Positions 1-5,259 of a stretch of DNA of 5,259 nt are shown here, piece after piece (positions within the stretch are counted from its first letter, which is position 1; each line of letters begins with the position of its first letter). A program made the translations under genes and the position numbers. The DNA comes from Octopus sinensis (lineage: Eukaryota). The notes below the pieces were generated by a model. The model saw only the letters and a list, made by a program, of their open reading frames with translations. It was not told the DNA's origin and ran no database searches. The stretch is from positions 1-5,259 of the forward strand of contig NW_021830091.1 in NCBI RefSeq assembly GCF_006345805.1, given 5' to 3'.

Positions 1-18
1 AATGTAGATAGCTAAGCC

Positions 19-32
19 TTTTTTTTTTTTTT
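19..32. repeat. Poly-T run (T14)
   Basis: 14 consecutive T read directly from the sequence. Confidence 0.9.
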
Positions 33-160
33 GCTCATAAGGTAAATTCTCACGAAACCAAAGTTGAAGTTAATGCAAGAATTTGTTGATTTTGAATTTG
101 ATAGTTAAATAGGTGTTGGGTATGAGTTCTCTGTTTATAATGATGCTAATTCTACCCAGT

Positions 161-437
161 GGAGGCACATGGCCCAGTGGTTAGAGCAGCGGACTCGCGG
201 TCGAGGGATCGTGGGTTCGAATCGCAGAGACCGGGCGATGTGTGTGTTTATGAGCGAAACACCGAAGTTCCACGCGGCTTCGGATGAAGGTAATGGCGAA
301 ATTTCTGCTGACTCTTTCGCCACAACTTTCTCTCACTCTTTCCTCCGGCATCTTGCAGCTCACCTGGGAACCTATAGGCCAAAGAAACCGGGAAGCCGGC
401 CCTATGAGCCAGGCATGGCTCGAGAAGGAACAAACAA
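161..437 (+). mobile_element. tRNA-derived SINE (family A here), apparently full length
   Basis: tRNA-like head starting GGAGGCACATGGCC, with A box TGGCCCAGTGG (170-180) and B box GGTTCGAATCG (214-224). The body is GC/CpG-rich against AT-rich flanks. It ends in a stem-loop GAGCCA-GGCA-TGGCTC (406-421) and a short AACAAACAA tail. Possible decayed target-site duplication: TCTACCCAGT (151-160) vs TCTAACCAAC (439-448), 7/10. It resembles octopus SINEs as I recall them; octopus tRNA-SINE families OK, OR1 and OR2 are described, but I cannot assign this copy to one. Confidence 0.8.
170..224 (+). promoter_or_regulatory. RNA polymerase III type-2 internal promoter (A box + B box) of SINE A
   Basis: TGGCCCAGTGG fits TRGCNNARYGG exactly; GGTTCGAATCG fits GGTTCRANTCC with one mismatch; spacing is tRNA-like. 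Confidence 0.75.
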
Positions 438-610
438 GTCTAACCAACTCTTTATTAATTATTCTAAATAATTTAATGATGCTTTGTTCCACACTTGATT
501 CCAGAAGGGGATGGAATATGATGAAAATACCACTAGATCTAGTGTCATTCGGCAGAAAGTTAAGTAACACTTGATGGATTCTACTGTCCATGTGTCGCTG
601 CGAAAATATA

Positions 611-641
611 TACCATATTTACTTGCGTATAAGCTGCACCC
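611..641 (+). mobile_element. Probable terminal inverted repeat relic of a Tc1/mariner-superfamily (Tc2/pogo-like) DNA transposon
   Basis: TA|CCATATTTACTTGCGTATAAGCTGCACCC. Reversing three CpG-type transitions gives TA|CCGTATTTACTCGCGTATAAGCCGCACCC, which has the TA-CCGTA...TATAAGCCG pattern I recall for Tc2-group ends. Only a weak partner end is visible (ATACGCAA at 873-880, the reverse complement of 623-630). Confidence 0.4.
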
Positions 642-1178
642 AAAATTTAACGTTCAGTATTTTTACTAAATATTTTCCCTTAATAGTTTATCTTTGTTCT
701 GTGTAGAAGTTGCCCCCTATGTTTTCTGGACTGCAACGTATACAAGGGACAAAATCAAGTCTAAAATAGTGCCAGCTATGCACGATTAATTTGAGTACTT
801 TATTATTTTCGGAAAACATTGCCTCCTAAAACAAACAAGAAAATCTCTAAGGAAAACGCTATCAAACTCCCATACGCAATTACAAAATTTCTCATAGACT
901 CAATAAAAACCACTTTTAAGCCTTCGAACAGAAATAGCTGCGATTGTATTAACACAAGTAACTTTATTGAAATCATTGTTATCCCTAGATAAATTCATTG
1001 CGTATCAGGCGATACCAGAATCTAAAAATCTTTCTCGAGCATACATTGATCTCGCATTTAATTCATTGAAACACCGATGCTGTTAACAAACCCATATTTC
1101 CACAGCCAAAATAGATGCAACGACACATGATAGCCAAATTATATAGGATCTGAAAAAAAATCATAGAGTATAACATAA

Positions 1179-1185
1179 ATATATG

Positions 1186-1233
<48 letters not shown>

Positions 1234-1258
1234 TAATATATACATATATATATATATA
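1179..1258. repeat. (TA)n microsatellite, interrupted
   Basis: Pure (TA)18 at 1191-1226 with imperfect TA-rich flanks. Confidence 0.95.
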
Positions 1259-1414
1259 AGGATAAGATCGTTAATTTAAAATAAAATAACGATTTTATCA
1301 AGTGGCCAGCATGGAAAAAATACCTTCAAGGTAATAATTATTAAATTATAATTAGGGTATGAATCTGCTATTTTCAGCAAGGTGGTATCTCGTAGATACC
1401 TTAACTTATAATTT

Positions 1415-1417
<3 letters not shown>
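1259..1417. other. Palindrome/hairpin-rich island between two (TA)n tracts; possible fragment of a microsatellite-inserting element
   Basis: Inverted repeat 1261-1273/1287-1299 (12/13, one G-T); TACCTT-C-AAGGTA 1321-1333; palindromes 1332-1343 and 1344-1353; GGTATCT-CGT-AGATACC 1384-1400. Confidence 0.35.
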
Positions 1418-1458
<41 letters not shown>

Positions 1459-1461
1459 ATA
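1418..1461. repeat. (TA)n microsatellite
   Basis: (TA)14 at 1419-1446, one interruption, then further TA units. Confidence 0.95.
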
Positions 1462-1966
1462 CCTATTGACATCATACATTTTCATATATTTCATTGTCTT
1501 TATTATTTAAATTGAAATTAAACAATCTTTAGATATTCTCCGGCTTCTAAATCTTGTTATCTTTCGAAACACCTCTGTTAATTTAATCAGCTCAATAATG
1601 ATGTTGCCCTTTAAAACACAAACACTCTATCATTTTTACGCATTCGAGATCCATTCATATTCATGAATTTCAGTAGCGCGCTTCAATTAATTTATTCCAT
1701 CGTGACAAAGCTTTACGCTCATCTGCAAATGTGTAATTTACTATTCCAACATATATATGAACGACGAGATTTTAGCGGCCATAAACGACGGTTCGGTTTA
1801 CGTAGTTGACGAAGCGTAAGGATACAGAAATACATGCGCCCACGGTCCGGTGACATTATTCGTGGACTTATGGTGTGTTTGCACCTATATTGTCTACAAG
1901 GAGAGCTTCTTATTCTGAGACAAACTGGGCAGCGTGTTGTTTTCTTTGTTCGAATGTACACAAACA

Positions 1967-2054
1967 GGTTGTCAAGCGATGGGTGGGGGTGGGTGGAGCT
2001 GGGTGGGGTGGGTGTGACACAAGAACAAAGACATAAAACATGCACATATACATA
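1967..2054 (-). mobile_element. SINE family B, outer copy: start of the 3' half (hinge remnant, GT-rich segment, C-tract, ATCGCTTGACAACC)
   Basis: The minus strand reads TATGTATATGTGCATGTTTTATGTCTTTGTTCTTGTGTC-(C-rich)-ATCGCTTGACAACC, collinear with 2462-2533 of the intact copy (13/14 match to ATTGCTTGACAACC at 2520-2533). It may extend to about 1775 through three collinear 8-mers: AGAATAAG (1916-1909), ATAAGTCC (1871-1864), ATGGCCGC (1782-1775). Confidence 0.6.
1981..2012 (+). other. Canonical G-quadruplex-forming motif
   Basis: Six runs of 3 or more G (1981-83, 1985-89, 1991-93, 2001-03, 2005-08, 2010-12) with four 1-nt T loops and one 7-nt loop; fits (G3+N1-7)4. Confidence 0.7.
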
Positions 2055-2196
2055 GGTGCAGGTGTAGCTGTTTGAAAAAAAAGCTTGTTTATCAACGACA
2101 TGGTTCTGGGTTCAGTCCCACTGCGTGGCACCTTGAGCAAGAATCGAACAGGCAAATGTCTTGTCAGTGGATATAATCGACAGAAGCTAAAAGCCC

Positions 2197-2199
<3 letters not shown>
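2055..2199 (+). mobile_element. SINE family B, middle copy: 5' half (tRNA head and body), degenerate
   Basis: 2099-2141 matches 2342-2384 of the intact copy at 40/43, including the B box. The A box is decayed (TAGCTGTTTGA). It ends AAGCCCGCC where the intact copy has AAGCCTGTC before its TA hinge. Confidence 0.85.
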
Positions 2200-2242
<43 letters not shown>

Positions 2243-2298
2243 CATATATCCATATATACATATATACATATATAATATACACACAATATATATATATA
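2200..2298. repeat. (TA)n microsatellite with CA interruptions; expanded hinge of the middle SINE copy
   Basis: (TA)19 at 2201-2238 followed by mixed TA/CA units. Confidence 0.95.
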
Positions 2299-2729
2299 GG
2301 CGCAGGAGTGGCTGTGTGGTAAGTAGCTTGCTAACCAACCACATGGTTCCGGGTTCAGTCCCACTGCGTGGCATCTTGGGCAAGTGTCTTCTGCTATAGC
2401 CCCGGGCCGACCAATGCCTTGTGAGTGGATTGGTAGACGGAAACTGAAAAGAAGCCTGTCGTATTATGTATAATATATATATATGTTGTTTGTTTTGTGT
2501 CTGTGTTTGTTCCCCTAGCATTGCTTGACAACCGATGCTGGTGTGTTTACGTCCCCGTCACTTAGCGGTTCGGCAAAAAGAGACCGATAGAATAAGTACT
2601 GGGCTTACAAAGAATAAGTCCCGGGGTCGAGTTGCTCGATTAAAGGCGGTGCTCCAGCATGGCCGCAGTCAAATGACTGAAACAAGTAAAAGAGATAAAG
2701 AGATAAAAGAGAAAGAGATAAAAGAGATA
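2299..2729 (+). mobile_element. SINE family B, inner copy: full length, least diverged
   Basis: Starts GGCGCAGGAG; A box TGGCTGTGTGG (2309-2319); B box GGTTCAGTCCC (2352-2362); CTTGGGCAAGT motif after the tRNA part, similar to that position in MIR/CORE-type SINEs; internal TA hinge 2462-2484; 3' module 2485-2686; tandem TAAAAGAGA-like tail 2687-2729. Confidence 0.9.
2309..2362 (+). promoter_or_regulatory. RNA polymerase III internal promoter (A box + B box) of the inner SINE B copy
   Basis: TGGCTGTGTGG and GGTTCAGTCCC at tRNA-like spacing, each slightly off consensus. Confidence 0.65.
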
Positions 2730-2940
2730 TATACACATATGTGTTTGTATGTCTTTGTCTCTTTTTTTGCTCCCTCTAATGTTTCATAACCGGTTCTGGT
2801 GTGTTTACGTCCCCGTAACTTAGCGGTTCGGCGAAAGGCTTTACAAAAATGTAATCATTGGATTTGATGAATTCGACTAAGATTTTTCCCAGGAGGTGCT
2901 CCAGCATGGCCTGAACAAATAAAGTAAAGGATAAAACAAA
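2730..2940 (+). mobile_element. SINE family B, middle copy: 3' half, degenerate
   Basis: Begins in a TA/CA remnant, then a GT-rich segment. 2796-2832 matches 2538-2574 at 36/37; 2895-2911 matches 2648-2664 at 17/17. It has two internal deletions relative to the inner copy and ends in an A-rich tail (TAAAGTAAAGGATAAAACAAA). Confidence 0.85.
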
Positions 2941-3094
2941 GCATCGGGATTCCACACAGTTTCTATCTCCCAAAAAATGACCCATAAGGCATTAGTAGAG
3001 GACACCTGTCCATAGTGCCGTACTGTGTGACCGAACTGGAAACCACATGGTTTGCAAACCGAGTTTCTTAACTGCACTGTAATGTCCATGTGCC
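2941..3094 (-). mobile_element. SINE family B, outer copy: 5' half, strongly degenerate
   Basis: The minus strand GGCACATGGACATTACAGTGCAGTTAAG...TGGTTTCCAGTTCGGTCACACAGTACGGCACTATGGACAGGTGTCCTCTACT-AATGCCTTATGGG...GAAACTGTGTGGAATCCCGATGC aligns collinearly with 2299-2462 (roughly two-thirds identity by eye, one deletion of about 17 nt) and stops at the hinge position. Confidence 0.8.
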
Positions 3095-3356
3095 CCATAG
3101 AACCCCCTGTAGAGATATGGCTGCTCTATCATTACTGATCAGGACGCAACACAAACACAAAGTGTCCTTGTTACTCCAAATTTTTAGTGAGACTGTTGAG
3201 AACCGGTGGCGTTAATGCCTTTCCTACGGGCATTAATAGGAAAGTCTGCAAAGAAACCTGACTTAAACTAGAAATTTAAGACTAGATTGTTCACTACTTT
3301 GGTTAACGAGAAAATCTATTTTTCCTGCCGTTTAGCATTTCAACGCCATTCACGAT

Positions 3357-3394
3357 ATCTATCTATCTACCTATCTATCTATCTATCTATCTAT

Positions 3395-3490
<96 letters not shown>

Positions 3491-3684
3491 TTATCTATCT
3501 AACTATCTATCTGCATCTATCTATCTAGCTAGCTATCTATTTATCTATCTACCTATCTATCTATCTATCTATTTATCTACCTACCTACCTACCTATCTAT
3601 CTATCTTCTATCTATCTATCTATCTATCTATCTACTATTATCTATCTATCTATCTACCTATCTATTTATCTATTTATCTATCTA

Positions 3685-3687
<3 letters not shown>
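3357..3687. repeat. (ATCT)n / GATA tetranucleotide array, about 80 units
   Basis: Pure (ATCT)20 at 3409-3488; variant units ACCT, ATTT, ATAT, AACT and AGCT elsewhere. Confidence 0.97.

Positions 3688-3725
<38 letters not shown>
3687..3725. repeat. (TA)19 microsatellite
   Basis: Directly abuts the ATCT array. Confidence 0.95.
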
Positions 3726-3727
<2 letters not shown>

Positions 3728-3771
3728 GTGTGTGTTGTGGTGTGTGGTGTGTGTGTGTGTGTGTGGTGTGT
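3726..3771. repeat. (GT)n microsatellite, interrupted
   Basis: (GT)9 at 3747-3764 within GT/GGT units. Confidence 0.9.
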
Positions 3772-3889
3772 ATGTACATATATATTGATTGAATGATCGA
3801 TACATCTTTTATGCACACTATCGTTTCTAGATTCACCCAAGAAAGCACCAATCAGGTTCGAGCATGAATCTAAATAAAATCTAAGTAAC

Positions 3890-3956
3890 AAATAAATGAA
3901 TAAATAACTAAATAAATAAATAAATAAAATTACTAAAATACCAAAATACTAAAATA
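3890..3956. repeat. (AAAT)n followed by three CTAAAATA-like 8-mers
   Basis: Imperfect AAAT units at 3890-3930, then CTAAAATA CCAAAATA CTAAAATA. Confidence 0.8.
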
Positions 3957-3998
3957 AGGAATAAATTTCCGAGAATTGATTAAACAAGTCTGCGCTAT

Positions 3999-4145
3999 TT
4001 ATAACGTATTTCTTTCACCATTTACATTCTCGGTTGCCAAGGATCTTATTTCCATCTCATTTAATTCCACTTGTAGCTCGTAAAAGTTGGATATATATTT
4101 TGGTAGATTGGATCTCGAGGAATTTCTATGAGTCATTATCTCCTC
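3999..4145 (-). CDS. Weak candidate coding exon (phase 0, 48 codons to stop), unknown product
   Basis: Minus strand: branch-like TACTAAT (4175-4169), T-rich tract, then TTTTTGCAG| and an open frame EEIMTHRNSSRSNLPKYISNFYELQVELNEMEIRSLATENVNGERNTL*. I recognise no homologue, and an open frame of this length can occur by chance. Confidence 0.2.
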   Translation of the reverse strand, partial: EEIMTHRNSSRSNLPKYISNFYELQVELNEMEIRSLATENVNGERNTL

Positions 4146-4800
4146 CTGCAAAAATAGAACTAAAATAAATTAGTAATAAATGGCATTGTATGCAGGCATT
4201 GATGGTGATCATTTGATATATGGCAATATCTATTATCTGAAGAACATGACTTCGAGTGAGAAATATCGTTAACTTGCCATAGTTTCCGCATATATAAAGA
4301 TAGTACAAGCAACGGAATACTAAACTACCAGCATTCAACTTAACGTTTGAGAGTTCGTGTTCACTTAAACGCTTTACGAAGAAGGCTGGCGTGAGATGTG
4401 GGTGGTCATATATTGACCGCCTTCAATAACGGCGAAATGTTGCTGCGAAATGTTCCTCAACACAGAATCTACCGTCGTCCTTTTATTTTCATATAACAAA
4501 GACATGTTGGACGATGCATTTATGGATACAGGACAGAAATCAATAGATATGGAACGCTTTTGATTATGGGGTTGCCGTTTTATTACTGACCAAGGGCTTG
4601 ACAAAATCCACATGGAAAAAAATTGTCATATCAGAGAAAGAGTATATAGCAAAATGCATTTAGATTGTAAGTCTACCTGATAAGATGGAGTGACGATAGA
4701 TAAATATATTGATTATGGGTGCGCTTGACCAGAGATGCTAATCTAGTATTAAACTGTATAAACAACACTGATGGAACTTCACTGTAGTTGACCACAATGA

Positions 4801-5067
4801 AAGAAATAGCACACAAACGCTCCCTCAAATCACGTCCTCTAAAACAGCTTATAAGGTCACTTTCACCTGAATACAATTTGAATGAAGGATAAACCAAAGC
4901 AGAATATTCATATATCCTTCGGGCCACAGTTTACTGTTATATGAAAGTAAGAGACACATTGGATTGGAAATTTCTCTGTTTTAGTAACATGAGTGATGGT
5001 CACGTTTGGGGCGTTTTTTTTTCCATAACGTGGAGTGATCAAGATTGACCTGGGTTTAGTACACCAC
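4801..5067 (+). mobile_element. Possible old, degenerate interspersed repeat (3' part of a SINE or LINE)
   Basis: The ordered words GAAATAGC (4803), CTCCCTCAAATCAC (4820-4833), GACACATTGGAT (4953-4964), GATGGTCACG (4995-5004) and TGACCTGGG (5046-5054) match a string I recall from octopus repeats. This is unverified memory, and the spacing of the first gap is longer than I recall. Confidence 0.35.
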
Positions 5068-5259
5068 GTCAGAAAAAAAAAGAAATTAACCTTATGCAAA
5101 AATTTAATACCGAGGATGCAAGAGGTGTATTAAGTCCTGAAATTACTTGAAATCACTTAATCCGGCATCGTTTTAGATCTCCTAATCAGCCACAGAGTGC
5201 TTCGAAAATCGTAGCTAGATCTCACTGAAATTACACTAAAATCTCACTTCGTTTCTCTC

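Noticed and set aside
161-235. Functional tRNA gene
   Set aside because: No proper acceptor stem or clean anticodon arm, and it continues into SINE body and tail.
225-312. HDV-like ribozyme resemblance: AGT-TCCACGCG-GCT (P3/L3-like) and GCGAAATTTCTGCTG, similar to the 3' end of the CPEB3 ribozyme
   Set aside because: No upstream strand pairs with 280-288 to form P1, and 260-265 does not pair with the bases after CGAA to form P2, so the double pseudoknot cannot be built.
138-483. TAATGATGCT repeated at 138-147 and 474-483 as a target-site duplication
   Set aside because: Neither copy abuts the SINE ends (13 and 36 nt away); probably chance in AT-rich DNA.
531-544. Perfect 14-bp palindrome CACTAGATCTAGTG
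   Set aside because: One palindrome of this length is not unusual by chance in 5 kb, and there is no supporting context.
135-591. Four overlapping ORFs (169-471 +, 284-574 +, 181-591 -, 135-323/248-433 -)
   Set aside because: They lie over the GC-rich SINE A, which is stop-poor in several frames; no recognisable protein.
1073-1082. ACCGATGCTG, identical to SINE B 2531-2540
   Set aside because: An isolated 10-mer with no flanking similarity.
2538-2832. 37-bp direct repeat pair as a CRISPR-like array
   Set aside because: Only two copies, 258 nt apart, each embedded in SINE homology in eukaryotic DNA, with no cas genes.
1063-3891. ORFs with YI/IY/SIYL/HT runs (1063-1245, 1910-2521, 2085-2399, 2164-2364, 3287-3502, 3682-3891) and ORFs over SINE B pieces (1719-2045, 1834-2055, 2535-2789, 2776-2985, 2877-3098)
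   Set aside because: They are translations of microsatellites or SINE sequence, open only because these repeats lack stops.
4215-4267. Hammerhead ribozyme core: CTGAAGA (4237-4243) and GAAA (4260-4263), with GATAT/ATATC able to form stem III
   Set aside because: Stem I (4221-4236) and stem II (4244-4259) both start with mismatches and lack the closing pairs; not a foldable hammerhead.
4401-4454. Hairpin GGTGGTCA/TGACCGCC (4401-4421) and tandem GCGAAATGTT (4432-4441, 4445-4454)
   Set aside because: Short, isolated and compatible with chance or a small slippage duplication; too short for a pre-miRNA and no family context.
4374-4613. 79-aa minus-strand ORF (…HFAVIEGGQYM…) as an exon
   Set aside because: No good polypyrimidine acceptor, its possible donor is out of phase with the candidate exon at 4145, and I recognise no homology.
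4797-4892. Plus-strand peptide MKEIAHKRSLKSRPLKQLIRSLSPEYNLNEG, faintly like a hAT transposase segment
   Set aside because: Too short, bounded by stops, no other hAT motifs in neighbouring frames, and it overlaps the putative non-coding repeat.

Overview
Eukaryotic, AT-rich, repeat-dense DNA with no convincing protein-coding gene. The tRNA-derived SINE sequences and the (TA)n/(ATCT)n microsatellites look like octopus (coleoid cephalopod) intronic or intergenic DNA; this is my recognition, not a database result. The window holds: an intact-looking tRNA-SINE at 161-437; a probable Tc2/pogo-type transposon end at 611-641; several microsatellites; and five pieces of a second SINE family at about 1967-3094. 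Those five pieces fit together as three copies nested like Russian dolls, each inserted at the internal TA-rich hinge of the previous copy (outer copy on the minus strand, middle and inner copies on the plus strand). Smaller signals are a G-quadruplex motif grown out of a SINE C-tract, a hairpin-rich island inside a TA tract, an interleaved double inverted repeat, and one weak candidate minus-strand exon. All ORFs in the supplied track appear spurious.
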